Shown here: positions 22,317 to 35,153 of the stretch, in pieces
Layout of the letters: each line of letters begins with the position of its first letter
Numbering within the stretch: position 1 is the stretch's first letter
Assembly (NCBI GenBank): GCA_964187785.1
Contig: OZ076409.1
Coordinates: 44,084,001 to 44,148,000 of the forward strand
Length of the DNA stretch: 64,000 bases
DNA from: Amphiscolops sp. MND2022
Lineage: Eukaryota
Direction of reading: 5' to 3'
Notes under the pieces: model-generated
Databases searched by the model: none
Told to the model about the DNA's origin: nothing
What the model saw: only the letters and a program-made list of their open reading frames with translations
Translations under genes and position numbers: made by a program

Positions 22317-22799
22317 GGTGGGGTATTTTTGGATCGAATTTTTGTGTGAGCGAAAAGCGAGATCGAAAATGGATCGAAGGTTTTGAGATCGAGTTTTTCC
22401 GGTTTTGCTTGGTTTTTGCTCCTGTAAAGTGTTTAAAAGCGTTTAAAATTATTTAGGTAGTTTTCCCCACCTAATATGGGATCATATACGGTGTATGCAC
22501 GCTCGCCCTCACCGTCGCAAGGACCAGCTCCCACTACGATCGCTTCGCGATCTCCGTTCCCGCTAGGTCTTTGCTCCTGTTCGACCTCGCTTAGCAAGAT
22601 GGGAACATAAGCGGCCCCAATGGGCCGCGGGGCATTAGAGGAAATGGGGGGCATATCCGACGGCCAAAAACAATGTTATTTGAAAACGCTAGGTATTTGA
22701 AAACATGGATTCGATCTCATTTTCTTTGACCATTTTACTTCGATCTCAGTGACAGATTGCATATCCGCGCAAATTCATTCGATCCAAACGCCCACCGCC
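22317..22799. mobile_element. MULE-like MITE inserted in the LINE 3' end (duplicate copy ~25250-25732)
   Basis: Imperfect TIRs GG..TTTGGATCGAAT and a 9-bp TSD CTACGCAAT (22308-16, 22800-08). LINE coding sequence resumes after it. Confidence 0.85.
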
Positions 22800-22989
22800 C
22801 TACGCAATCAAGTCCCAATGTTCAATTTAGACCGAAGCTGCTCCTGGTTTATAAAATGTCTCTGTAGCATCTGCCGCTCTTAGATTTGATCAACTCAGTT
22901 TGTAAAAGCCTACATTACAACTGCTTGATTGTTCCTTTATATAAAAAGGGAATTAAGTCTTCTAGTAGTAGTAGTAGACTTTATTGCTG

Positions 22990-23100
22990 AACACTACTTT
23001 TTCTAGATCAATATTTTTTGTTTCCAATAAGTCTGCCTGCGATTTCGGGCCGAGTGGTGAACCGATAGTGGTAACGTCATCTTTCGTCGGTGTTTCAATG
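22990..23100 (-). mobile_element. Fragment of the CRE-like LINE family (duplicate ~25923-26033)
   Basis: Reverse complement aligns to 15140-15250 (ggttcacc..cggcccgaaatcgcagg.agact). Confidence 0.7.
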
Positions 23101-23851
23101 ACATTAATGTTAATAGTTGTTTTTGTTAAAGGGAAATCAACCAGACAACGCGGTCTTCAGAAAAATTCACTTCCAATTTTACGTGGTCGAGGAAATCAAC
23201 CACCAAACAACGCTTTTTCTTCAGGCTGCCGAACAAGCTGAATCTTGTTAACAGGCTGCCGATTAAAAGTGATTTTGCAAAACCCGTTGGTCTAAAGAAC
23301 AGAATAATCAACTACTTTTGGCATTACTTCGAAACCAAGTACCGAGAAAACTCGAGTCAAACCTGGGGATTGTAATCTCAGCCAATCCACCACGCCAAAC
23401 TTATTTCCGGGAAAAACTTCCCCGGCTTTTTGCCAAATTTACAATAGAAAAGTGACATGGCTTTTGATTGATTGCGAAAATTCTTTGTATCTGATAGTGG
23501 AAAAAAGATAACAAAAAAAGAGAAAAAGGATTGAAAAACTTTCAAGAGTCTTTTTGTAATAGTTTTGCGTTACTGCGTATTGATATTTTCCAATAAATTT
23601 TTCAGCTGACTGAATTCAAATCGAGTTTGAATTTCAGCCATTAAATTGCACGGTGCCCAACGTGACTGCTGTTTGTAGCTTGCTCACACGTTCATTTACT
23701 CAGTCTTGCAGGAAATGTGGTTGTTAAGTTGAAGAGTTTCCTTCAAATAGCATGTGCAATTTTGTTCATTTTAAAAAACTCCCGGATGACATTGATACCA
23801 TTTTAGGTATCTTTTTCTTCTGTTGCATTTCAGGTTTCGTTTGAGTCACTA

Positions 23852-24181
23852 ATGGTCGAATCCATTGCTCCATTGAATGTGCATAGTCATGTATCCATTG
23901 AATTTCTTACTCAGGTTGTCGAGTTCATTTTCAACCGCAAAAGTTTCATTCGTGATGAGACTTTGCCCGAAAAAATCCTTGGAGCTTTACAAATGATCGA
24001 TAATTCACGTTTGAAAGAATTATTTGATCCAATATGTTCTGGCCTTCAAAGTTGTTTTGAGAACTTCGATTCATATTCACAGCCTATACAGTCATTAGCT
24101 CTGAGACTTTCTACAGTTGCGCTGAAAATAACGCCCTATCTAGACGATTTGTACAACCAAAAAGATATTAACGCTTTTTAG
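23852..24181 (+). pseudogene. Truncated BRAT1 5' copy fused to LINE RT
   Basis: First 94 aa identical to the 26787 ORF, then the RT-frame peptide PYLDDLYNQKDINA and a stop. Confidence 0.85.
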
Positions 24182-25249
24182 TTATGCTATCTACTTCGAC
24201 TTTCGGAAGGCTTTCGATTTAGTTCCACATCATATTCTTCTGAAAAAACTGGCAAATTTTAGCTTTGATGAAGATTTTTTGATCTTATTCAAGTCTTACT
24301 TATACTCAAGGTCACAACGAGTATCAATAAAAGGCTCCCTCTCCCAGATGGTGGATATTAATAGCGGTGTACCTCAAGGCAGTGTCCTCGGACCTCTTTT
24401 CTTCATTATTTTTATGAATGATCTTCCTGACAAAATTGTCAATTCCTTATGCTATTTGTTTGCAGATGATAGTAAATTACTGTCTCTTCTGACCAAACCT
24501 GTTGTACAAAGGGATATTGATCACTTTACTGAATGGGCTTACAGGAACAAAATGGAATATAACATGGACAAGTGCAAGTCAATCACTTTCGAGGAAAAAT
24601 TAGCGTCGTCGGATCCTCTGTTTCTGAACGGTAATATTGTCCTCACCGTTGACTCAATTGAAGACCTTGGAATCACCATTTCAAATACTATTACATGGGA
24701 CGACCATATTCAAAAGAAATTGGTGGCTGCTAGAAAAGCTTATCATTTCTTGAAGCTCTCAATTCCTCATAATGTTAGTTCTTCCACGAAGCTTATGTAC
24801 TACAGGTTGTGTGTTCAGAGTATTCTACTGTACGGATCCCAAATATGGTACCCCTCCATTAATTACCGACGGAAGTTGGAACTATTCAATACAGAGAGTC
24901 TTTTTTGGGTAACTGGTTTACAAAATTATTCACAGCAGCTGGCAGCGCCAAATACCCTACCCCTATCATTCCATTTGGTCCTAAATGACATGGTCTTCCT
25001 CAACAAGGCCATAAATAACAAATACGACCTAAATCTCAGCACCTTCATTTGTTTCAGCAACGATGCAAGGATCTCAGAAGTTCCAAATACCAACAACTCC
25101 TGCCAGTCAAAAGATGTCGCAAATTCTCCACGAGAGACTCCTTCTTCCAAAGAGTCTGTGACTACTCCAACTTCCTCGCCACAAAAGAGATTGACATTTT
25201 TGACCCAACTGAAAAATTTAAACATGAACTCATGGCATACCTACGCAAT
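24134..25249 (+). pseudogene. Duplicated 3' half of LINE RT
   Basis: ORF 24279-25319 carries GVPQGSVLGP and FADD; copy of 21201-22316. Confidence 0.9.
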
Positions 25250-26786
25250 GGTGGGGTATTTTTGGATCGAATTTTTGTGTGAGCGAAAAGCGAGATCGAA
25301 AATGGATCGAAGGTTTTGAGATCGAGTTTTTCCGGTTTTGCTAGGTTTTTGCTCCTGTAAAGTGTTTAAAAGCGTTTAAAATTTTTTAGGTAGTTTTCCC
25401 CACCTAATATGGGATCATATACGGTGTATGCACGCTCGCCCTCACCGTCGCAAGGACCAGCTCCCACTACGATCGCTTCGCGATCTCCGTTCCCGCTAGG
25501 TCTTTGCTCCTGTTCGACCTCGCTTAGCAAGATGGGAACATAGGCGGCCCCAAGGGGCCGCGGGGCATTAGAGGAAATGGGGGGCATATCCGACGGCCAA
25601 AAACATTGTTATTTGAAAACGCTAGGTATTTGAAAACATGGATTCGATCTCATTTTCTTTGACCATTTTACTTCGATCTCATTGACAGATTGCATATTCG
25701 CGCAAATTCATTCGATCCAAACGCCCACCGCCCTACGCAATCAAGTCCCAATGTTCAATTTAGACCGAAGCTGCTCCTGGTTTATAAAATGTCTCTGTAG
25801 CATCTGCCGCTCTTAGATTTGATCAACTCAGTTTGTAAAAGCCTACATTACAACTGCTTGATTGTTCCTTTATATAAAAAGGGAATTAAGTCTTCTAGTA
25901 GTAGTAGTAGACTTTATTGCTGAACACTACTTTTTCTAGATCAATATTTTTTGTTTCCAATAAGTCTGCCTGCGATTTCGGGCCGAGTGGTGAACCGATA
26001 GTGGTAACGTCATCTTTCGTCCGTGTTTCAATGACATTAATGTTAATAGTTGTTTTTGTTAAAGGGAAATCAACCAGACAACGCGGTCTTCAGAAAAATT
26101 CACTTCCAATTTTACGTGGTCGAGGAAATCAACCACCAAACAACGCTTTTTCTTCAGGCTGCCGAACAAGCTGAATCTTGTTAACAGGCTGCCGATTAAA
26201 AGTGATTTTGCAAAACCCGTTGGTCTAAAGAACAGAATAATCAACTACTTTTGGCATTACTTCGAAACCAAGTACCGAGAAAACTCGAGTCAAACCTGTA
26301 TATTGTAATCTCAGCCAATCCACCACGCCAAACTCACTTCCGGGAAAAACTTCCCCGGCTTTTTGCCAAATTTACAATAATAAAAGTGACATGGCTTTTG
26401 ATTGATTGCGAAAATTCTTTGTATCTGATAGTGGAAAAAAGTTAACAAAAAAAAGAGAAAAAGGATTGAAAAACTTTCAAGAGTCTTTTTGTAATAGTTT
26501 TGCGTTACTGCGTATTGATATTTTCCGATAAATTTTTCAGCTGACTGAATTCAAATCGAGTTTGAATTTCAGCCATTAAATTGCACGGTGCCCAACGTGA
26601 CTGCTGTTTGTAGCTTGCTCACACGTTCATTTACTCAGTCTTGCAGGAAATGTGGTTGTTAAGTTGAAGAGTTTCCTTCAAACAGCATGTGCAATTTTGT
26701 TCATTTTAAAAAACTCCCGGATGACATTGATACCATTTTAGGTATCTTTTTCTTCTGTTGCATTTCAGGTTTCGTTTGAGTCACTA

Positions 26787-29700
26787 ATGGTCGAATCCAT
26801 TGCTCCATTGAATGTGCATAGTCATGTATCCATTGAATTTCTTACTCAGGTTGTCGAGTTCATTTTCAACCGCAAAAGTTTCATTCGTGATGAGACTTTG
26901 CCCGAAAAAATCCTTGGAGCTTTACAAATGATCGATAATTCACGTTTGAAAGAATTATTTGATCCAATATGTTCTGGCCTTCAAAGTTGTTTCGAGAACT
27001 TCGATTCATATTCACAGCCTATACAGTCATTAGCTCTGAGACTTTCTACAGTTGCGCTGAAAATAACGCTTTCTGTGTTGCCTTTTCTTCGAGTCCTCCG
27101 ATACCATGAGTTAACAACCGCAAGCAAGAGCGCGTACGTTAACGTATGTACTTCTTTAGTGGCCCTACATCCTCTCGAAGATACCTCTTGGATTCCTATG
27201 CAGTTTATGCTTCATGATGTTTTGACATCGAACGTGTATCTCAGAAAAGAAATTGGGGAATTTGTGTCAGTAGCCCACAGACAAAACCTCGATTTATTTT
27301 CACTTGTTTTACGCCTTTGTGACAAGTAGGTCAGCACCAATTTATTTGGCTTGAAATACTACTTCAATTCTAGTTTGTATCCACGTTGGATTGTCTTCGA
27401 TTAGGCGTGCCTTCCAGTTGACAGTAGATGACTACACTGTAGACAGCAAAATAATTTAAAGGGCCTTTTCGATGATTTTCTGTGAAATTTTTTTCCGGTA
27501 ATGCTTCTCGTTTCCACGTGATTTTAATTGAACCGTCGACCTAAGAATTGGCATTTCTAACAAAATTGATCTGCCGAATCTCTAAATAAATCTTTCTGGA
27601 CTTCATGAATTCGCGAGTTGCGATCAAAACTTTGTTCGTAAAAGTTTAATTATTTTCAATTATGGATTGAAGAATGAAGTTATGGCATTAGGTTAAATGT
27701 GTCGCTGCTGTTGCTGACCATTGAATAATTGCCCAACAGACGTGGTATTCAACTTTTTGGTGCTGATCTAAATGCTAGCGAGAATGAATCATTCTGGAAC
27801 AAACTTCTATGTAACTCTCCTCTTGATTTGCTGGCACCTGACTTGCTGCATCTTGTCGAAAAGAAAATACTAGCAAAAGGTAATGTGGATCCAGTGTTGA
27901 TTGTGAAACATCCGGAATTGCTACATTTGATTTCTCTCGATGACGTTTCTTCAGAACGCCAAAGTCCGGCATACTTTGTGGTGCTGTCTATGTATGGAAC
28001 TCAATTCAAAAGAAATTATGATTCAGTGATACTCAGCAAGTTTTTACTTCATTTAAGTTGGCATCCGGGGAGCGAAGAATTAGTTCTGAAATCTCAACTT
28101 GTTGACCCTTTCTGCACTTTCATAAATGGTGTTGATAACAATTCACTTGGGATCTTGATACTACCGCTGTTCCAATGTTTAATTAAGATGAAAGTTGAGC
28201 CTTTGTTTTTGCGCTTACGAATCTTGCGATGTCTATCTGAGAAGTTTGCCAAAGAAACTCCAAATGATGCTTTGTTGCATATGTTCGGTGAAGCTATGAA
28301 AGAATGCGATGCAAAAAGCTTGTTGTCTGTTGTGAATTTCTTTTTTGTACAGAACTCTGACCGACTGAATGAAGTCTGGGAAAAACAATACGGTAAGTTG
28401 GTGGTTGTGAAGTTTGATTCTTATGTCAGTTTTTGGTTTCAAAAAGCATTTTTATAGTGTGATTTTATGCGCCAAGAATATCTATAAACGTATATACATG
28501 CCTCAAAATAGATATAAACGGAAGGAATGTTTTATAAAAGAATGAGCGATAAAAATCATGAGGGTGTTTTACATTCGGTACCACTCCAATTTAACCTGGA
28601 AATACTCGATGAATTATGTTATTTTTGAAATTTACTTTGAAATTTCCCTGCGCTCAATGTCTTCTTTGAATGGCTGTTTCAGAGTTCCATTTATAAACTG
28701 AGAACCAAATGTTCCAAATCATCAAATTCAATTAGTGAAACTGTTAATGGAACTATGTTTTAGAGGCGAAATCTTCATCAAATCCGTTTTCTCTCAGCAA
28801 TCAAACTACTTCAATACACGTGTGTATGAAAGAAGCAGTTGGTTCGTCAAATTGGGACATAAGAGACGTAACATGCAGTGCAATTGATGCGATTCTTGAC
28901 AAGCATCCTTCTTTGTCGGAGTGTAATTCACAAATTTGGAGAGATTTGGAGGAAATGATCCTTCAGTTGATGAACGATACAAATCACTACGTGCTGTCTT
29001 CAGTTATTAAAGTTTTGCCCAAGTTCTACGAAGCGAACAAGTCATTGATGGGCATTTCAAATATTAGCAGCTTCCTGGAACATTGTTCGACTTTTTGTGA
29101 AGACTCGATCCACTCACAATTGACCAGTTTGTTCAAATCACATTCACAATTCTGCGAAATTCTATCAGGCGACTCTATAATGCGACGTACGTTCGAATCT
29201 GATCTATGCAGGTAGGTACTATAAACCAAATTCTCTTATTGTTGACTGAATGTTGTAACACGGCTAGAATGAAATCAAAACCTCCCGTTGATCAAAAATT
29301 GTTTTAATTACTATATATAACCTCAACGACAACATATTTTTACGACTCCAGCGTAGCCTAAAACGCAGCGAAATTTGTAAAAAAAAGTTCGAAAATGAAA
29401 ATGGTTCTCAAATTGCATAAGAAAGTTCTTCACATTTTTGGCTCTATTTCGAGTCACCTTTTTCCGAAAAACTAAAAACGTTATGTAAGTTGATTGTTTT
29501 TCTATTGAAATATGTGAACATTGTTTTTGAGCTCATCCCCGTGTCACTAGACTCAGGATGTTGAGAAAGCGCTCATGGACAGACATAAAAATGTTTTTAA
29601 ACGCGAAACTGTTTCAGTTACAAAACGAAAGGCCAAGCTGTAAAAGTGATCGTTAACCTTAGAAGCAAAGACCAAAATGGCGATGACCCTTCCTTTCCTG

Positions 29701-29891
29701 ATTGGTTATCTAAGTTCTTGAGTGACGAGAATAGCGACCAGCTCCTCGTGCAAGAAGTATACATTGCCGTGGGATTAAGAGAACGACCTCATTTGAGTGA
29801 CTCCATGTATGCAGAGCTTCAAATGAAGGCTGTTTGTGAAGAAATCATGGCTGAATCAATAACAAGTAATGTTCCCTTGGACTGCTACTGA
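26787..29891 (+). CDS. BRAT1: BRAT1-like HEAT/ARM protein; exons 26787-27325, 27740-28392, 28764-29211, 29618-29891 (637 aa)
   Basis: Phase-consistent GT-AG introns; Leu-rich helical sequence; WDIRD motif (BRAT1 WEVRD) and terminal LDCY. Confidence 0.7.
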
Positions 29892-30042
29892 TCTTTTCTG
29901 TCTTGAGTTTGTTTTTGAGGTGTTGCAAATTAAAAACATTGAAACATTTTTTGAAAAGTTTTCATTCCGATGCGAGACGTCATGTGAGGACTGTGAAACA
30001 AAATATTTTATGACGTGTTGTTTTAGCTATGCTATTTCAATA

Positions 30043-30613
30043 CAGTCGTTCCCAACGCAATATAGAATTGATGCAACCAAAAACAAACTTTTGTATTTCA
30101 AATATCAAACTGCTATTCATATACAAATTAGTTGCACTCCGATTATAATTGTTGCGCGACAAATATCCATTTGCCATTCAAATAAATAATTGTACAGTTT
30201 GAAAATTGCGCACTAAGTATAAATTAGGGCCAACCAATTATAGATTTGTTCCATTTCAATACAAAACTATTTCAAACCAACAAATTGTTCACACTAGTTG
30301 AATAGTTAAACTGTAAAGCAAAGCAAAATGTTGAAACGGAAATTCCGAAACGGGAATACTGAAACGGATGTTTCTGAAAAATTTACGTATTTGGTTGCAA
30401 CTTTTATTGTATTGATTAATGTTCATTGTATTGATAATGTTCATGTTTGAAATGCAACGATAGTATACGGTGTGCAACTATGTTATATTTGAATGGCAAT
30501 TTGATATTTGACGTGCAACTTTTCTAATTGGAGTGCATCAAATTTGTAAATGATATTAGAAATGCAATAGTTTGTTTGATTGCATCAATTCTATATTGCG
30601 CTGGGCACGACTG
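30043..30613. mobile_element. Tc1/mariner-type MITE
   Basis: TIR CAGTCGT(T/G)CCCA(A/G)CGCAATATAGAATTGATGCAA extending imperfectly ~150 bp; TA on both flanks. Confidence 0.85.
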
Positions 30614-31352
30614 TATATTCAATGTTCTAGAAATAGGCAATTTCATCGGAACCCAACGAATTTTTGAAAACACTCTTTTGAAATTTTGTCTTACCAATTT
30701 ACTTTCATCAAAACAGGTTGTATGCAGTAGTATTCTGCCTCTAGTTTAAATAGACCAAAAGTTTTCATCTTTTTAAAGGTTTTTTGAGCTATTCGAAACT
30801 CGATTTGTGCTCAAAGTTTCGTAGGTTTCATTATCCAGCAGCCCATACAAACCAATGCTGACACATCTAGAAACACACACCTTTGGCTTTGGCCTTATCT
30901 ATCTGGCCTAATTGTGAACTAGCTATTTTTTATCACATAGAATTCGATTTGAACTTCAGCTGATTTAGATCTAATCGCTGGAAAAAAGTTCCAAGCTACT
31001 CCGGTGTCTTGTGGTTTCAATTGATGTCTAGAAAAATATTTCTGCATCGAATCTGAAAAGTTGTGGCTCTTTGATGTATTCAGGGTTGTCGTTATGTCAT
31101 TCCCGAAAACCGCTGGAAGTGTATCTGGATTTAGCATGAAACATATGAAAATGATGATTCACTTTGACCACACACTATTGGAAACAGGGGTTATATATAG
31201 CTTTGCAATGCACTTTTATAAAAAATTTTTTTAGAAGTTATAATCTATTCGTGAACTTGTTAATTGCAACAAAGGTACACTAAGATTTTTCATGGAAAAA
31301 ATCTGGCAGCTCTTTTATTACTGGAAACGGTTCTCATTTCATCTGGGTATCT

Positions 31353-32467
31353 TCAGTTGGGTCTGGCTGTTTGCACGTAGTTTTGAGCCCATGCGTACAC
31401 ATCAGCGGGTGCAATGCCATGTGCTTCTTTTTTGTGTTCTGTTAGTCCCTCTTCCCAGTTCCACAAGGCTCCGCATGTTGTCTTCTGATTCGTCATAAAA
31501 GGGCCCAGAAGATTCTTCTTTTTCTTGGATTCAAATTTTCTTTGGGGTGCATCCTGAAAGTAATTTTTGAAAAGGCGTTGGATCATTTGATGTCGTAGGA
31601 TAGAAATGATTATTGGTTAGATAGTTTTTATTAGTAGGTGTTTTTCTAAAGACACGCCAACTGACAAATTCATAGGTTTTCATTATAGAAGAACTGAAAT
31701 CTTCGGTTCTTTGGTTCAATGGACTCTAGTGCCACTGAAAACCAGATCTTCGGGGTTCGAATCTCGCGCAGGATTTCAAAAAACTAGGTCGATGGGTTTT
31801 GTTGTTTTTTTTTGGGCACTATGCTACTTTTATCGGTAAATTTTTCCAATTCAACAAAGAGTCCCCCTTTGAAATATTTGATGTTTTTGATTAGATGAAA
31901 ACTTTTTGCGAACCTAAAAGACTTTTCGACATCTTGTGGCTTTTCAAAAAATATTTAGAAATTTGAGTTTTCTGATGTTATCAGTAAGGGAATTGCGTTT
32001 TTCGAGTTTCAAAGGTCTTCCTTGGGGTTCTTTATAGACTGAGATTGATGAGAGTTTCCTCAATAATTATTCTCGTGCATATTTAAAAGACTTTGCTCTT
32101 TCTGAGCCTGAAACGAAGCGCCGACTGAGACAGTTCTCGGCTTGTTCGTATCATTTGCCATGTAGGAAGCATTGCCCTGCTGAAATTATCGAAGACTAAC
32201 TGCTTTCTTTTAATTTCTTCAATTTTTAATTCTGTTGACTTCAACCTCAACAATTATTCAAACCTGTTTGTCGGTAGAAGCTCTGCTCCGTTGAGTACAG
32301 GGAGCAGGTTGGGTGGGTGTAGGATTCATTTTCCGCGGTGAGCCGACTGCGTCGAATTCTCTGATACAGCAAGTTTTCCATGGCCCCCACTTGATCTTCT
32401 TCCTGGGCGTGGATCGACAGTCACTGCATATGTACGTGAATTGGTTGATTGTAGCAGATGTGTTCAT
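31353..32467 (-). CDS. Possible 2-exon orphan gene (32467-32264, 31553-31353; 134 aa)
   Basis: ATG exon ends CAG|GTTTGA; acceptor ctttcag|GAT joins in phase 0 to an open frame ending at a stop; no recognised family. Confidence 0.4.
31730..32147 (+). mobile_element. Helentron/DINE-1-like element, 5' truncated
   Basis: 3' end GCGCCGACT + small hairpin + CTTGTT, as in 37354-38158; GGTTCGAATC box near the start. Confidence 0.6.
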
Positions 32468-33606
32468 AATTTTTAGCTTGTTTAGTGAATACTTGCTGTG
32501 ACGTACGGAAGGGCGTGGCTTCCAAATTTGCCAAAATTGAAAAAGATTTTAATCCTCTCGTTAGAGATTTCTTATGGATCAATTTAAGTAACTGCTAGAA
32601 ATCCGAGGTATCTGCCTACCAAATGGCTGCAGATTTGTTCTCGTTTTTGCGTTTTTATTTCGTGTGATGTCTGTTCTTCTGACTGCACAGTCTATCTGAT
32701 GAGGTGTAATTATGCTTTTTGTTAACGAGTCGTTGATTTACAAAAGATTCATATCAGCTATTGAAAGTAATGTAATTGCACGAATCTATGGTGAGAAAAG
32801 TAGTTCAGTTCATGTTTCATTTCTCCTGCCAGTCTTTTGGTCAAACGAATTTCTCTTTCACGTGCTTAAGATTGATCACGTGTTCGTTCAAACTAAATTG
32901 AAGAGGTCGAGATTTTGTTCTGGACCGATTTATAGTCGCCTTCAGAGATATCCCGAGTAGATTGGGTATGGTACAACTGAGGTTTTGTTTAGTTTTGTTG
33001 ATTGCTTTAAAAAAAGGTGATGAATAATTTGCAAACGTTGCAGGTGATTTGTTAAACAAGCCATTTCTCACTGCTTCGCAAAAGAAACGCATTCTAATTT
33101 TTGGGAAAATTCTGCTGAGGAAATGAACCACCGATGACCAGCGTCATTTTTGGCTATTTCTCCAATATGGACGAGTTGTATGAATATTTCACGAGTTTGG
33201 TGTCAGAAGCAGATAACCGGACACCTGTTTAAGGAAATATGATCCCGAAAACAGTTTCAAAATTGGATACAAGATCAAAAGATTGATCAAGATTGCATGA
33301 CACTCATTTAGTTTCGTCAACTTCTCAAATTATTGGAACCGTTTTTGAAGCAACTCTAGTGATACTCGAGGGTCTGCGTTGATTTTGAATTACTAATTTT
33401 TTCTAGCAACCCAATTTGTAAATTTTGGTGAACTGAATGCAGAACTGTTATTGCGGATTGTTTTGTGTTCAGTTTTAATCATAGTACCGGTGTATATTAA
33501 AAAATTATCCCACTCTTCGAAGAATTCATGTTATGTGCTCTACACTCCCGAAATCTATTGAATGTAACGATGTTCCCAAGGTATATCATTTATTTGAACC
33601 ATCTTA

Positions 33607-34250
33607 AACAAGCCTCGCTCAAATTTCAAAAAACCAAGTTTCTTGAATATGCAGAAAGCACTGTTGTTAAATTATCATCAGTTTTAGTGTCGAAAAGTGC
33701 CCGAAGGGATACGCAACGCATAACACTCGAAAACCACATTTTCCCCAACTGGAAACAACAAAACCATTTTTTGAATTTTTTTTACAATTATTGAGAAAAC
33801 TCTTATCAATCCGACGTTATCAAAAAAAATAACCAAAGAAGTCACACTTAAGACTCGGAATACTTTTTCTTAACAGAAAGCTTCAAAAACCAATAAAAAA
33901 ATACATGGAAACAATTTTTACGAAATCTTCAAATTTTTTTGGTTAGTCGCATTGTGCCGAAAAAACAATGTGACCCTCTAACGCTCGCAAAACGCTCTGT
34001 TCCTGCTTAAAATCAAAGGGAAGTTCGGTTGAAAAAAACTGAAAAGTCGCATCGTTCCGAAAAAATCCTAAAGGGAGACCCTCTGGTCTCCCCTTTACTT
34101 TTGCAAACATCAAAAAATTTGGTTTACTGTGACTGAGACTCGAACCCACGTACTCTTGCTTCTCAGACCTCGTCACCATGCATGGAAATCTCAGCTAATC
34201 ACTAAGCCATGAGGCATAGTCTGCTTTTACTTCGTAAGCCCCGACTAATA
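33607..34250 (-). mobile_element. Helentron/DINE-1-like element
   Basis: Reverse complement matches blocks of 37354-38158 (ttgaaatttgagcgaggc; gtggttttcgag..tatcccttcg; gtacgtgggttcgag). Confidence 0.7.
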
Positions 34251-34475
34251 AATGGAAATTGAATGCTGGAATTGAAAACAACGTTTTCCGCATTGTTCTT
34301 AGCCAATTTTGTCGTTGCACTGTATATATTCATAATCTGTAAACCTTCAAAAATTGTTCCGAAGTTGCTCCGTTTTTGATGCTCACATCTTGCAACATGT
34401 TGAAGGAACATGTTGTTTCAAGGTTTTGTTAGATACTTAGTGCTTTTCAGATGAATTGTGTCTTGACTTCAAGTA

Positions 34476-35153
34476 ATGGGAAACGTGTTTGGAAAAAGTA
34501 AAAAGAAGCAAAATAGCCGTGTGACTGATAGCGATTGGGCTATTTTGGAACTAAAAAATGCAAGAGACCAATTGAACAAGTACAAAAAGAAAATTCAAGG
34601 AGACCTAGAAAAGGAACGCGTCGTTGCTAAAACTTTATTGCAAGAAGGTCGCACTGATAGAGCCAAAGCAGTACTACGAAAGAAAAGATACAAAGAATCG
34701 CTGATAGAAAAAACTGAAGGTCAATTGGAAAACTTGGACACTATGGTCAATGAAATAGAAATGGCGAATGTACAAATCAAAGTTGTGGATGGCATAAAAG
34801 CCGGAAAAGAGGCTCTTGCGAAACTGCAACAGGTGCTAAAGTTGGATGACGTTGAACAACTGATGGACGACACAGATGAAGCTGTTAAATTACAGCAACA
34901 AATTGTGGACACATTAGCCGGATCTTTGAGTCCGGAAGACGAACAAGAAGCTCTTGATGAACTGGAAGCCTTGCTCGCTGCCGATGACGAGCAACAAAAA
35001 CAAGGTGTCATATCAAACGGTGCTGTTGGCGACGATGGGATGCCACAGCTACCGGATGTACCTTCCGGAGACCTGCCTACACCATCACAAACTGCGGAAT
35101 CGCATAAATCAAGCGAAAACAGCAAGCGTAGAGCAGAAGCCATTCCAGGCTGA
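34476..35153 (+). CDS. CHMP6: ESCRT-III subunit CHMP6/VPS20, intronless CDS
   Basis: MGNVFGK myristoylation start, VTDSDWAILELK..RDQL Snf7 fold, MIM2-like LPDVPSGDLP. Confidence 0.95.
   Translation: MGNVFGKSKKKQNSRVTDSDWAILELKNARDQLNKYKKKIQGDLEKERVVAKTLLQEGRTDRAKAVLRKKRYKESLIEKTEGQLENLDTMVNEIEMANVQIKVVDGIKAGKEALAKLQQVLKLDDVEQLMDDTDEAVKLQQQIVDTLAGSLSPEDEQEALDELEALLAADDEQQKQGVISNGAVGDDGMPQLPDVPSGDLPTPSQTAESHKSSENSKRRAEAIPG

Larger units (their letters stand above)
18680..22960 (+). mobile_element. CR1/L2-group LINE #1, near full length
   Basis: PHD-containing ORF1, APE endonuclease, RT, C-terminal CLCSICRS* after the MITE insertion, short 3' UTR. Confidence 0.9.
21201..27068. repeat. Tandem segmental duplication, 2 x ~2.93 kb (21201-24133 and 24134-27068)
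   Basis: Near-identical blocks offset by 2933-2935 bp; junction ...aaaataacg|ccctatctag joins BRAT1 exon 1 to LINE RT. Confidence 0.95.
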
